NCBI GenBank assembly: GCA_050124975.1
Contig: JASFEF010000003.1
Location: 1-62,358 of the forward strand
From: Candidatus Thorarchaeota archaeon
GTDB taxonomy: Archaea > Asgardarchaeota > Thorarchaeia > Thorarchaeales > Thorarchaeaceae
Direction: 5' to 3'
Length of the DNA: 62,358 bases
In this document: in pieces, positions 19,860 to 29,504 of the stretch
Layout of the letters: every line of letters starts with the position of its first letter
Numbering within the stretch: position 1 is the stretch's first letter
Translations under genes and position numbers: made by a program
Notes under the pieces: model-generated
The model's database searches: none
What the model was told of the DNA's origin: nothing
What the model saw: only the letters and a program-made list of their open reading frames with translations

Positions 19860-20792
19860 TCAATTCTGAAGGGATCCAAGGACAATCAATGGAAACAGAA
19901 TGGTAGCATCGCCTATGACTGTTTCAAAGTTTGCTCCAGTCTGGACCTTTTGCCAAGACACCCCCTCGACTAGAGGTGCACCCCCAAGGCTACCACCCTC
20001 GGGTCGATCAAGCGTGATTTGTACAGCCATATCGAGACCTCCCCTCAAAATCGTAGACCCCATTGTGAAATGTTTCGTGAGACCTCCCCCGAGCATGAGT
20101 GCCCCTGTCTTCTTCTGTTCTGTCACAATTTCACCCAAGATTCTGAGGTCCTTTACAAAATCAAGTGCAAGGGGCTTAGTTGTGCTATACGTGTAGAGGT
20201 GAAGACCCAGCATGGAGTCCATGAGCCCGGGAGAGAATAGGGGAATATCATAATCAGCAGCCTGCTTAACGATTGAGTTGTTATCATCTATAGTCATACC
20301 AAGTTCAGTGAGAAACTCACTGGGAGCAAGGGTTGTTAGTTTTTCCTTAGGAAGACCATCAAGGAACTTGTAGATACCCTTCTCGAGGAGCTCAAAGTCC
20401 TTCTCATGTACAAATATGTCCGCAATTCTCCCCATTCCAGCCTCTCGGAGTTCAGTATCATCCTTTGAGGATGGAACTCTAAAGTGACTACCCCCATATG
20501 CCTCAACGAGGTCATGAACAATGTTTGCGCCACTAGTGACAATGGCTTGGATGTGCTCTTTCTCTACAAGATAACGTACAATGTTACGTAGACCCCCAGG
20601 AACCATGGGACCGGACATAGAGAGAAATGTGAAGCAATCTTTGTCGTCAAACATGCGCTTCACAATTTCAGAAGCTCTTCCCAGTCTTCCTGCACCAAGA
20701 ACGCCAACCTTGTCCATGGCTTTGACATACTCGGGGATGGTTTTGATTTGAGTAGGATCTACATGGTTGACCTTGTCCAAAATAGTCACCAC
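19860..20792 (-). CDS. dys: Deoxyhypusine synthase
   Basis: 310 aa. SGPMVPGGLR...AIVTSGANIVHDL...GGGLTKHF are characteristic DHS NAD/spermidine-site motifs. Confidence 0.92.
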   Translation of the reverse strand: MVTILDKVNHVDPTQIKTIPEYVKAMDKVGVLGAGRLGRASEIVKRMFDDKDCFTFLSMSGPMVPGGLRNIVRYLVEKEHIQAIVTSGANIVHDLVEAYGGSHFRVPSSKDDTELREAGMGRIADIFVHEKDFELLEKGIYKFLDGLPKEKLTTLAPSEFLTELGMTIDDNNSIVKQAADYDIPLFSPGLMDSMLGLHLYTYSTTKPLALDFVKDLRILGEIVTEQKKTGALMLGGGLTKHFTMGSTILRGGLDMAVQITLDRPEGGSLGGAPLVEGVSWQKVQTGANFETVIGDATILFPLIVLGSLQN

Positions 20793-21054
20793 CAGCGAAC
20801 CCTTTGCTAGTTGTGATAAGTCATTCTGTCGAAAAGAAATGAAAGAAACGAGCCCGGATCGTTTTCCGGGAGGGCATGACCCGGACCCGTAAATCCAGAA
20901 CGAATTCTATGCATGTTATTGTAGATAGAATGTTTAGCTTTCTCTCATCCCGAAGTTCTATTTGATGCATGACTGTGTCATGGGGAGTGTTCCGAAAGTA
21001 ATCAGTAATAGCGCACTTCAATACGTTTAAACGCTAAGATTCGAGGCATGTCCC

Positions 21055-21690
21055 ATGCAACTGACTCCCTATAGCACTCTTCCACTTGTTATCATTGTTC
21101 ATGCGCTATTCTTACAGGGAGTCTGGCTTTACTTGGGTCGTCGTGCTAGGGACAGGTATCTAGGAGACATCATGCACTTCCGGAGCCCCTCATCCTCCAT
21201 GTCAAGATATTACAACTGGCGTGTTGCAGGATTCGCGAATGCATTGATAGAGGGGGTAGTCTTCTTGTCAATCTTGTTGATTTCACTAGTCCTACTATCA
21301 GTGGCAATAGCCAATCTTGAAACGTTCATGGCGGCGAACCTCTATGTTCTGTTTGTGATGTTTCTATCATTTATGAGCTCCATGCAGATGGCATGGCGTG
21401 TTAGGGAGATCAACCAACGTGAGAGCAACATATTGTCCTCACTTGGTGCATCGATTGACAAGATAGGAGTAGCGCGAGATATTGTTGAGAACCTCATGAT
21501 TCAGGGCTCGATGGGGGACGGAAGAGTATGGTTTGCACTCTATAGACTAGCTCAAAGACCAAATCAGGTCGGATGGGCAATAAGGGATGTATTGATAGAG
21601 AAAGGCAGAGAGATGAAGGAAATGTACAAGTACGAAACACGTGAGCCTGATTCAGCTGTGCGTGACAAAGGACCTGGAATTGAATCTTGA
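21055..21690 (+). CDS. Membrane protein, unknown function
   Basis: 211 aa. Three N-terminal hydrophobic helices and a soluble C-terminal domain. Confidence 0.5.
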   Translation: MQLTPYSTLPLVIIVHALFLQGVWLYLGRRARDRYLGDIMHFRSPSSSMSRYYNWRVAGFANALIEGVVFLSILLISLVLLSVAIANLETFMAANLYVLFVMFLSFMSSMQMAWRVREINQRESNILSSLGASIDKIGVARDIVENLMIQGSMGDGRVWFALYRLAQRPNQVGWAIRDVLIEKGREMKEMYKYETREPDSAVRDKGPGIES

Positions 21691-21771
21691 TTGAACTGCA
21701 GAGTCTATTCAGTAAGTCTTATATCCGATTCCTAGGGGCGTTGACGAGAATCCCACTGGGAGGAACTCTGT

Positions 21772-22056
21772 ATGTCGAAGAGTGACGTTTTGAAAGGCCG
21801 CAGAGGCGTTGTCACAAGCTATCGTAGGGGAAAGCACCTACAGCATCCAAATCAAGTGATTTTGCTATTCGATGAGATCAAGACCAGATCCGAGGCTGCA
21901 ACACTTATTGGTAGAAAGGTGAAGTGGAGCTCGCCTGAAGAGAAGGAGTTCCTAGGGAAAGTGTTAGGACCACATGGAAACAGTGGTGCTGTTCGAGCAA
22001 AGTTCCGAACCAATCTTCCTGGTCAAGCCATTGGTACACCGGTTGTTCTGCTATAG
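21772..22056 (+). CDS. rpl35ae: 50S ribosomal protein L35Ae (eL33)
   Basis: GVVTSYRRGKHLQHPNQVIL...GRKVKW...GKVLGPHGNSGAVRAKF is the L35Ae signature. GGGAGGA SD upstream. Confidence 0.9.
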   Translation: MSKSDVLKGRRGVVTSYRRGKHLQHPNQVILLFDEIKTRSEAATLIGRKVKWSSPEEKEFLGKVLGPHGNSGAVRAKFRTNLPGQAIGTPVVLL

Positions 22057-22213
22057 ACAATCACGAAGTTTTGTCCAATCATCAGTGGATGCTTATTAGG
22101 CATTATTGATGAGCTGATTATCCAGTGATTGTAAGTATTCACATTCTCGTTTTCAATATCCTCAAGTAATCAAAAACGCAAATGTTCATTTGTTTTCTTA
22201 GGTATTTGTATGT

Positions 22214-22630
22214 GTGGTGAGTGTGGAATCAGAGAAATTGTTGGCAAGTATCGGACTAGTAGTAGGCGTAGTTTTACTTGTTCTGGCAGGACTCTCAGTA
22301 GGAGGTTTTCCTCACAACTACACATTGATTCTCGTTGAACTCATTTTAGGAATCGTTTTCGTCGTATTGGTAATGGGAACTTTGTTGCCAGTACTTGCAA
22401 AAAGACCTGAGAATCGGAGGTCTGTGACTCTTGCCTTTCTTGGTATCATTGTAACAGTGTCTGGAGGAAATCTCCTGATATTCACACCTGTTTCAATAAT
22501 CGTCTTCCAATCCAGCTGGTGGGTTTTCACACTGACTGGTATGCTACTGTTCATCATCGGCATCTTTCTCATCTACAAGTATTGGTCTTACAGAGCAAGC
22601 TTAGAAGAGCAACTTGCTTCTGTCCATTAA
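22214..22630 (+). CDS. Membrane protein, unknown function
   Basis: 138 aa with four hydrophobic helices. Confidence 0.5.
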   Translation: MVSVESEKLLASIGLVVGVVLLVLAGLSVGGFPHNYTLILVELILGIVFVVLVMGTLLPVLAKRPENRRSVTLAFLGIIVTVSGGNLLIFTPVSIIVFQSSWWVFTLTGMLLFIIGIFLIYKYWSYRASLEEQLASVH

Positions 22631-22797
22631 GTTCTTTGTGTCAAGAGAGCAATTGTAGTATCATAAAGAAGTTTTATCAATCAATAATCGAAACCAGACA
22701 AGGCTCCGATGATGCAATTGGCTATCTGAGGGCAGAAATGCCCAGCGACGAGTCATAGTTAGACTGAGGAGCCACTCTTGTATGGCGGAGAATCAGG

Positions 22798-23358
22798 ATG
22801 CTTCAGTGGTTGATGTATTTCTCAGCATATTTCTTTGCAGGACTTACACTGAAGCTCGGAGATGACTTACTTGACGAACTGGACCAGCCGAACGTGGCAT
22901 GGGTCCCACTGACTCTTGCCGGTCTTCTGTTCGGTCTCCTTATGACGGTTTCAGAGTGGGATTTGGTTCTCTTGACCAGTATCGTGATTGGAGTCCTAGT
23001 TTCAGGGAAGGTTAATCGTCCTCAATTCATTGTAGGCTTTGTACTGATTTTCAGTACACTATTCGTTCTCGGAATTCCAGTCATCACACGTTGGTTAGAC
23101 TGGTTGACTGTGCTCATCATTCTGTTCTTGGCGGCTGTTCTTGATGAGAAAGGTAATGATTGGACTGATAGAAACACGTTTCCTCTAGCCTACAAACTAT
23201 TTGAGCACAGGTTTGTCCTGAAGATAGTTGCACTCTGCCTAGTAATACCTTGGCCGATGTTTCTCTTCACAGCAATTGGACTTTGGATGTTTGATCTTGG
23301 ATACGAATTTGTAGGATGGTTGGTCAGACGAACATCAAGCAAGCGTCTTGTAAGCTAG
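22798..23358 (+). CDS. Membrane protein, unknown function
   Basis: 186 aa with 5-6 hydrophobic helices. Confidence 0.5.
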   Translation: MLQWLMYFSAYFFAGLTLKLGDDLLDELDQPNVAWVPLTLAGLLFGLLMTVSEWDLVLLTSIVIGVLVSGKVNRPQFIVGFVLIFSTLFVLGIPVITRWLDWLTVLIILFLAAVLDEKGNDWTDRNTFPLAYKLFEHRFVLKIVALCLVIPWPMFLFTAIGLWMFDLGYEFVGWLVRRTSSKRLVS

Positions 23359-24342
23359 ACTGCAACACACATCTAGAAAAACAGGCTTCAGTCCATTCTC
23401 TTTTGCGAGGTCAACTCCATCTTGACTGATCAGGGCTATTCCATTCACGCCACTGAGAACAGCATATTTGTCAGTCTCTATCTTGTGCTTTCCCATCGGT
23501 CGAGCACATCCTAAAAGAAGTGGGACCTCTTTCATTCCTAGTCTCGCCACAGTCATCACGCGACCAATGTCCTCAGGACTGGGAGGATTAACACCCCCCA
23601 TTGATGTCTTTCTGATAGGGCTCAAAGCAATAATCACAACTGCTGAAGGATTACCTTGTGCAATCAAGTCCAAAGCCTCAATCTCTCCAGCAAGTTTTCC
23701 ATAATCGAGTCCAACAAGGACATGTGGTACAGTCGGCACTCCAAAGTCCTCTAGAATGTCAAGTGACTGCCGCATCTTTCTTGGTCCATCCTTAATGTGA
23801 TAAACCTCTCTGGAAACACTATCGTCACCAATGACGTCAAGCATGGCAGCATCAATCTGTGCTTCAGCTAAACCCTGTGCTGTTTTATCACTGACCAGGC
23901 CTGTGTGGACCACTATATCAAGACCGAGTTCAGATTTCACCCTTTGAATAGAGTCAGTGAATCTCTCTAATGGCACAAATCCCTTAGAGTCCGACCCTCC
24001 ACTGATAAGCACACCTTCCCCTCCCAGTGACTTGATTTCCTTACATCTCTCAAATAGGCTCTCTGGTGTGATTGTGGACTCCATACCCTTGAGAAGATGT
24101 CCTTCGCAGTGTTCACACATGAGTGAGCATGATGTGCCTGTGACGCTCAATGAAACGAAATTATGTGGACCAACCTGAGCATGATCTTTGATTTCGTATG
24201 GATATGCAGTTGGACTATAACATAGAAGATCCTTACCATAAATTGTCAGACGCTGGTCCAGTCCTTCTTGCATCATCACTTGAAGGTCATCATCAGAAGC
24301 GTTCAAGATAGCATTGCCTTCGTTGATAATGTCAAAGCTCAC
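23335..24342 (-). CDS. Radical SAM protein (BioB/LipA-like fold, specific function unknown)
   Basis: CxxxCxxC in GTSCSLMCEHCEG, followed by the GGE-like LISGGSD motif. Confidence 0.8.
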   Translation of the reverse strand: MSFDIINEGNAILNASDDDLQVMMQEGLDQRLTIYGKDLLCYSPTAYPYEIKDHAQVGPHNFVSLSVTGTSCSLMCEHCEGHLLKGMESTITPESLFERCKEIKSLGGEGVLISGGSDSKGFVPLERFTDSIQRVKSELGLDIVVHTGLVSDKTAQGLAEAQIDAAMLDVIGDDSVSREVYHIKDGPRKMRQSLDILEDFGVPTVPHVLVGLDYGKLAGEIEALDLIAQGNPSAVVIIALSPIRKTSMGGVNPPSPEDIGRVMTVARLGMKEVPLLLGCARPMGKHKIETDKYAVLSGVNGIALISQDGVDLAKENGLKPVFLDVCCSLAYKTLA

Positions 24343-24545
24343 AGGAGTGCCTCCAGACTACGCTGGTAATCCCGGCTTTTAGGATTGTCATGTGTACTAG
24401 ATGACAATAAACAAGTACATCTTAGTTATCTCTAGGACTCCGTGATTCACACGAACATACATGGTTTGATGTGACTCCAGTGTCATTCTGGCAAATGATA
24501 AAAAGGAGGAACAAACCAGCAACAGGAGAGAGGTCTGAATCATAG

Positions 24546-25286
24546 ATGAAAGAAGCCAAGAAAATCTTCAAGACTGCTCTGAATGAAGGTAGAACCTTTG
24601 TCCTAGAGCATGAAGCAAAGGACATTATGAAGGCATACGGAATCCCTATACCGTCATATGCAACTGCCAGCACTCCTGATGAGGCAGTTGAGAAGTCAGA
24701 AGCAATAGGTTTCCCGGTTGTGCTCAAGATTCTATCAAAGGATATTCTGCATAAGTCAGATGCAGGAGGAGTGAAGATCAACCTGAAAGACGAAGATGCT
24801 GTTCGAAAGGCCTTTGATGAGATTATGGAGAATGCAAAGAAGTACGGAAAGGAAAAGGGAATCGAAGTAGACTTGAGCAGAGGTGTGTTCATCTCTGACT
24901 TCGCAGACATGGGAACAGAGATTATTGTGGGAGTCACAAAGGACCCACAGTTTGGTCATGCCCTTATGGCAGGTCTCGGCGGCATCTTTGTTGAAGTTCT
25001 CAAAGATGTGTCTTTCAGATTGATTCCATTCTCAGAAGCTGATGCTAGAGAGATGCTGAGTGAACTCAAAGCCTACAAGATTCTTGAAGGTGTAAGAGGT
25101 GAAGGTCCACGTGATGTAGACGCACTGATTAAAGTCATGCTAGCAGTGTCCAAGATGATTGAAGAGAATCCTGAGATAACAGAACTCGACTGTAACCCAA
25201 CCTTTGTGTATGAGAAAGGAAAAGGCGCTATTGTTGTTGATGCAAGAATTCTGATTGATGGGCCAGACAAAACTCCTAGTCACTAA
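24546..25286 (+). CDS. ADP-forming acetyl-CoA synthetase beta subunit-like ATP-grasp protein
   Basis: LEHEAKDIMKAYGIPIP...GFPVVLKILSKDILHKSDAGGVKINL is the ACD beta / ATP-grasp_5 signature. No alpha subunit in the window. Confidence 0.85.
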   Translation: MKEAKKIFKTALNEGRTFVLEHEAKDIMKAYGIPIPSYATASTPDEAVEKSEAIGFPVVLKILSKDILHKSDAGGVKINLKDEDAVRKAFDEIMENAKKYGKEKGIEVDLSRGVFISDFADMGTEIIVGVTKDPQFGHALMAGLGGIFVEVLKDVSFRLIPFSEADAREMLSELKAYKILEGVRGEGPRDVDALIKVMLAVSKMIEENPEITELDCNPTFVYEKGKGAIVVDARILIDGPDKTPSH

Positions 25287-26472
25287 TCAGATCATGAAGA
25301 AGAATTAGACCTCTCTTGAGATCGATGTCCTCCAACGGAGCTTCTTGTGAAGTCTTCGTAGCAGTAGCCAGAAGCAGCAGGAGTGCAATCAATCGAGGAA
25401 CAAGACGGGCATACTGAAGAAGGAAGTCTTTGTTTCCAGTTGAGTCTACAACTAGACCTTCAAGACGCCTTGTCACAAGCTGAATCCTCTCCTCAGCCCC
25501 CGGACCTAGTACGAGGCCTTGAAAGAGCTCCACTGCAGCTGTTTCGTTCTGAAGGAAGTCTGATGATACACCAATTTGCTCAAACATTTGCAAAGCACTG
25601 ATGATTATGGGATCATAATGTTCCTCTTCAAGCCGGTTTATCTCTTGCCTTACCGCCTGAAGTTGACCCAGAAATCGTAATGAGTTTGTCAATATGGTTC
25701 GCGAAGCACCAGAAGTAGCTGCAGCCATTCTAGCTAGATGTTCACCATGGACCTTCTCGAGACTTGAAGCAACTGACGCGTTCAGTTTTCTATCAAATCC
25801 AGGAGAGAATCCAACACTTGCTGCTCTTGGTAGAACAGAGTGTGATCCTAACCGACGAATCATAGTAAGTGCTTTGAAATCTTCACTTGGTACATAGAAG
25901 AAGAGTATTCGAAGAATATCGTATGCTGTTTCAAAGTCGTTCTCTACTATCACATTTCGGCCTTGTCCTTTGCAGGCGAACGCGCTTAGAATGGCCCATG
26001 AGGAAGCAATAGCTTCACTGAGTTCCTTCCTTTGAGTTTCATCTGCAACCTCATGTTCTTCAAGGAATCGAATCAATTTCTCTGAGGAGCCGGAAATCCT
26101 CTGGAGTGTGTTGGGTCCGAATTGCAAATCTACAACGGACTTGATGAAACCCCTTGGTTCTCGGGATGGTGGTCTTAAGACCAGACCTGGTTCTTTTCGT
26201 GTCATTGTCCACCATTTTGAAGTCGAAGTGAAGTAGTCAAGAAGGTCTATTGCTTCAGTGACATCTGAGAGAGTTGCTACATCTCTTGTTTCAAGATATG
26301 TCACAAGCTTCGTGAAAAGTTTGAGAAAGAGTGTTAGATGATCGGAAATCCTAGACCCCAGAAACTTAGCGTCTGTAAACCGTACTGCCACTGTATTGAT
26401 TTGGTCAGATATGTTGTCCTCTAGACGTGTCCTTAGCAAACCTCTGTAGACATCAACTGGAGTCCTTGCCAA
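25276..26472 (-). CDS. Hypothetical 398-aa predominantly helical protein
   Basis: Long uninterrupted ORF with coding-like composition. No motif recognised. Confidence 0.55.
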   Translation of the reverse strand: MARTPVDVYRGLLRTRLEDNISDQINTVAVRFTDAKFLGSRISDHLTLFLKLFTKLVTYLETRDVATLSDVTEAIDLLDYFTSTSKWWTMTRKEPGLVLRPPSREPRGFIKSVVDLQFGPNTLQRISGSSEKLIRFLEEHEVADETQRKELSEAIASSWAILSAFACKGQGRNVIVENDFETAYDILRILFFYVPSEDFKALTMIRRLGSHSVLPRAASVGFSPGFDRKLNASVASSLEKVHGEHLARMAAATSGASRTILTNSLRFLGQLQAVRQEINRLEEEHYDPIIISALQMFEQIGVSSDFLQNETAAVELFQGLVLGPGAEERIQLVTRRLEGLVVDSTGNKDFLLQYARLVPRLIALLLLLATATKTSQEAPLEDIDLKRGLILLHDLISD

Positions 26473-26534
26473 AGCCCTGTAGTCTCCTGTTGTGTCAATT
26501 CACCTAAATTCGGAATATAAAAGCTGACAAGACG

Positions 26535-27311
26535 CTACTTGCCATATCTTCTAGAGCGGGCTCCATAGGAACGTAAAGCGCGCCATATGTCAATCCGTCG
26601 AACGGCAGGCCAGTAGATTTGTGCGAAGTAGAGTTCAGAATATGCAGACTGCCATAATAGAAATCCAGAGAGTCGTTCCTCACCGGATGTACGTATAATG
26701 AGGTCAGGATCAGGAATACCATTTGTGTAAAGGTGACCCTCTATGATGCCCTCGTTAATCTGTGAGGGTTCCAATTCACCAGACTCTATCTTTTCACCGA
26801 TTGCTTTCACAGCATCGACTAATTCAGCGCGACCAGAGTATCCAATAGCTACATTGAGAATATGGTCATCGTATTCCTTTGTTTCTTCTTCAGCTTCTCG
26901 GATCGCTTTCCGAACTCTCTCGGGTAGAAGGTCGACTCTTCCAATGGCCTGTATACGAACACGATGACGGTGAACATCAGGGTTTCCAACTACTTCACCA
27001 AACTTTTCCTCGGCGAGAGCCATAATCTCTTCAACTTCATCTTCGTTTCTCTCGAAGTTTTCGATGGAGAAAGCATACAATGTGCATACTTTGACATTTG
27101 CCTCCCACAGAATTCGCAGGACCTCCATCACTTTGGCTGCACCGCGGTGATGCCCAAACCATGGGACCTCAAGCCCATGTTTTCTCGCGTATCGACGGTT
27201 TCCATCTAAAATGATACCTACATGTCGTGGGGCTCTATCCTTGTCTAACTGTCTGAAAAGAAAGTATTCGTATAGTCTGTACATAGGACCGGATAGGTTC
27301 AACTCTAACAC
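26535..27311 (-). CDS. uppS: cis-Prenyltransferase (undecaprenyl diphosphate synthase family)
   Basis: HVGIILDGNRRYARKHG and the RTSGEERLSGFLLWQSAYSELYF motifs. Confidence 0.92.
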   Translation of the reverse strand: MLELNLSGPMYRLYEYFLFRQLDKDRAPRHVGIILDGNRRYARKHGLEVPWFGHHRGAAKVMEVLRILWEANVKVCTLYAFSIENFERNEDEVEEIMALAEEKFGEVVGNPDVHRHRVRIQAIGRVDLLPERVRKAIREAEEETKEYDDHILNVAIGYSGRAELVDAVKAIGEKIESGELEPSQINEGIIEGHLYTNGIPDPDLIIRTSGEERLSGFLLWQSAYSELYFAQIYWPAVRRIDIWRALRSYGARSRRYGK

Positions 27312-27375
27312 ACTCTGATTTAGTTAGAAATGGAGAATTCAGCTTAATAGAGTTGATGTTATGATTGCAGATGTA

Positions 27376-27747
27376 CTAGATCATTTTCGAAATCTTCTCT
27401 GCAGCACGTTTCATATCTAAGAATATGAGACCTAGTTTTGCGTTTGCAGTAGTGGAAACAGTCAGACACGCATTGATTCCAGCAGCAGTGACCAACAGCC
27501 AGCCATCGATTCCCTTGACATTGACTTGCTCAAGGTTCCCCTTTCCGAGCTCTATCGCTGCTCTCTCGCCAAGACTCAGCATAGCGGCAGTCATTGCGGC
27601 AACCTTTGCCTCATCTACATCAGTGGGAAGAGCTGATACGATTGGTAACCCTTCTACACTGACTATAGCGCAGGCTTCAATCTCTGGAATGCTCCCCTGC
27701 AGTTCATTCAGAACACCTTCGAGAGTATCTTCGCGGGTTTCTGCCAT
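27376..27747 (-). CDS. Roadblock/LC7 domain protein (MglB-like)
   Basis: The alpha-beta-beta-alpha-beta-beta-alpha pattern is visible in ACAIVSVEGLPIVSALP...VAAMTAAMLSLGERAAIELGKGNLEQVNVKGIDGWLLVTAAG...LGLIFLDMKRA. Its start is 13 nt after the GTPase stop, with an AGGTGAG SD. Confidence 0.85.
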   Translation of the reverse strand: MAETREDTLEGVLNELQGSIPEIEACAIVSVEGLPIVSALPTDVDEAKVAAMTAAMLSLGERAAIELGKGNLEQVNVKGIDGWLLVTAAGINACLTVSTTANAKLGLIFLDMKRAAEKISKMI

Positions 27748-27760
27748 TTGGTCTCACCTG

Positions 27761-28333
27761 TCATTTGTACATTCTTTTCAGGATGACTTCTCTTGCTATT
27801 GCTTGAAATGCCCTCTTAACTCCTACGCCCTGTACAGCAATGGTTTCATAGATGGGTACATTCCCACCTAGGCCTAGGAGATCAAGCATTTCATCTCGTG
27901 ACATCCTGTTTGGTAGGTCTCGCTTGTTAAGCATGACCACTATTGGAATCTCACGCCCAAGGGCATCACCGAGGAACAACTTCAGCTCCTCAAAGCTCTC
28001 TGTGTTCTCATCACGCTGGTCTGGTGAGGAGTCGGCAACAAAGAGAATTCCGTCGGTACCCTGTAGGACTACCTTCCTCTGATGTCTATGTCTCTTCTGT
28101 CCAGCCACAGTAAAGACGTCGAACAGAACTCTGCCGCCAGCACTCATGGGCACGTAGTCAAAAAACAGCGTACGATTGGTCTCATCCTCGATTGCAGTGA
28201 ACTCGCCTTTCTGTAGTCCTTCGACTTTTCCATAAAGCCAACGGAGAGCAGTTGTCTTACCACCCAGGGACGGGCCATAGAATACTAGTTTGAGATGAAT
28301 GCGTCCCTTGTCGTCTTTTCGAATTGTAAACAC
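27761..28333 (-). CDS. MglA-family small Ras-like GTPase
   Basis: G1 YGPSLGGKTT. Switch I NRTLFFDYVP. MglA-specific G3 FTVAGQ, with Thr in place of the canonical Asp. G4 NKRD. G5-region GVGV. Collinear with Myxococcus MglA as I recall it. Confidence 0.85.
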   Translation of the reverse strand: MFTIRKDDKGRIHLKLVFYGPSLGGKTTALRWLYGKVEGLQKGEFTAIEDETNRTLFFDYVPMSAGGRVLFDVFTVAGQKRHRHQRKVVLQGTDGILFVADSSPDQRDENTESFEELKLFLGDALGREIPIVVMLNKRDLPNRMSRDEMLDLLGLGGNVPIYETIAVQGVGVKRAFQAIAREVILKRMYK

Positions 28334-28582
28334 CTCGTCGTGTCACTGCAGAGGTCCCTGTAATGGGATGTTGATTGAAAGAAAAGTTCTGTCTAATAAA
28401 AGCCTTTGTGGCACCGAAGGGTGCTTCTGGACGGCATTGTTGCTAGATTGGACTCCTCAATTCAATACACACTGAGTAGTGGAATGCCAGACGTAGATAC
28501 AACTGTATGTGTTATGTTTGTTTTGACTCACTCAAATTGGATATTGTGGAAATTCCAAATCATTATCACCGTTCGAGAGAGG

Positions 28583-28948
28583 ATGAATGCAGAGGGAAAC
28601 CATTTGACTGAAGAACAGGAACATAAGACCTGTCCATCCTGTGGGGAGATGATGGAGGAGGGGTATCTCATTAGCAAGATGGGTGTTTACTGGGATGATC
28701 ATGTCCCAAGATTTGTCGCACCAGGCACACTCCTATCACCCAATACAACAGAGGTTTTCAAGATGCATTACGTTCACTCGTACAGGTGTCGATTCTGTAA
28801 AATCATTCAATATGGAGAACCATCTGATTTTGTGCGATTTGCATGTCCACACTGTGAGGCAAAATATGAGTATGAGATTCCAAAAGACACTGATCAGATT
28901 GTCTGTCAGAACTGCGCCAAGAAATTCTCCAGAACTAATATTCACTAA
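28583..28948 (+). CDS. Double zinc-ribbon protein
   Basis: CPSCG...CRFC followed by CPHCE...CQNC. ATG at 28583 is preceded by GAGAGAGG. The upstream part of ORF 28406-28948 looks non-coding. Confidence 0.6.
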   Translation: MNAEGNHLTEEQEHKTCPSCGEMMEEGYLISKMGVYWDDHVPRFVAPGTLLSPNTTEVFKMHYVHSYRCRFCKIIQYGEPSDFVRFACPHCEAKYEYEIPKDTDQIVCQNCAKKFSRTNIH

Positions 28949-28985
28949 CGAGTAAATCTGCTAGGTGTGATAACAACTACTAGAC

Positions 28986-29478
28986 TCAAACTCTTTCTAG
29001 TTCAGCTAGGGCTGACTTCAGGTCCTCTTCGTCAAGCTCGCTTTCCTTCGGAGATAGCGGTTCCACCGCAAGGAACTTGTCGAGCTCATCAGCCAGTTGC
29101 ACACCTTGTTTCTTCATCACAAGTCGGATCAGACCGATGTTGACCTCTGCCTCTGAAACCACACACAGTACACCTTTCCCACAGGCTGAGGCGAAGATTT
29201 TGCCCTCTGAGAACTCAGAAGTGACTATCTCAAGCTCCCCAATCTGCAGGTTCTTGCCCTGCTCCTCACTTGCACAGAAGACCGCACTGGCGATAGCTCC
29301 AATTGAGTCGACGTCTACTGGGTAGTAGGACAGCTTGGACACGTTTGCGATGGTCAATCCCGTTTTAGACGGCTTGTAGAAATTACTTGCCTTTGTCTAC
29401 GAGAATGACCTTCTTGATGCCCTTGTCCTGTCTGATAATTTCCGTGAGGATCTTATCGAAGGCTTTTGGATCACTCAT
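28986..29478 (-). pseudogene. Roadblock/LC7 gene split by a +1 frame change (or a recoded gene)
   Basis: ATG at 29478 (SD GAGGTG) encodes MSDPKAFDKILTEIIRQDKGIKKVILVDKGK, then TAA at 29383-29385. This is helix 1 and strand 1 of a Roadblock fold. The rest of the domain (IGAIASAVFCASEEQGKNLQIGELEIVTSEF...VLCVVSEAEVNIGLIRLVMKK) is in the +1 frame, open from 29396 to 28986. Confidence 0.6.
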
Positions 29479-29504
29479 TAATAGTACACCTCTATCATAA
29501 TTTC

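Noticed and set aside
22100-22140. Possible C/D box sRNA (TTGATGA followed by CTGA)
   Set aside because: The D-like box follows the C-like box after a single nucleotide. There is no second C'/D' pair or terminal stem, so it does not fit archaeal C/D sRNA geometry.
24422-24937. 171-aa ORF on the minus strand
   Set aside because: It is antisense to the ACD-beta ATP-grasp gene. It has no motifs and is S/F/I-rich.
27425-27871. 148-aa ORF on the plus strand
   Set aside because: It is antisense to the MglB-like Roadblock gene and the 3' end of the GTPase gene. It is a shadow ORF.
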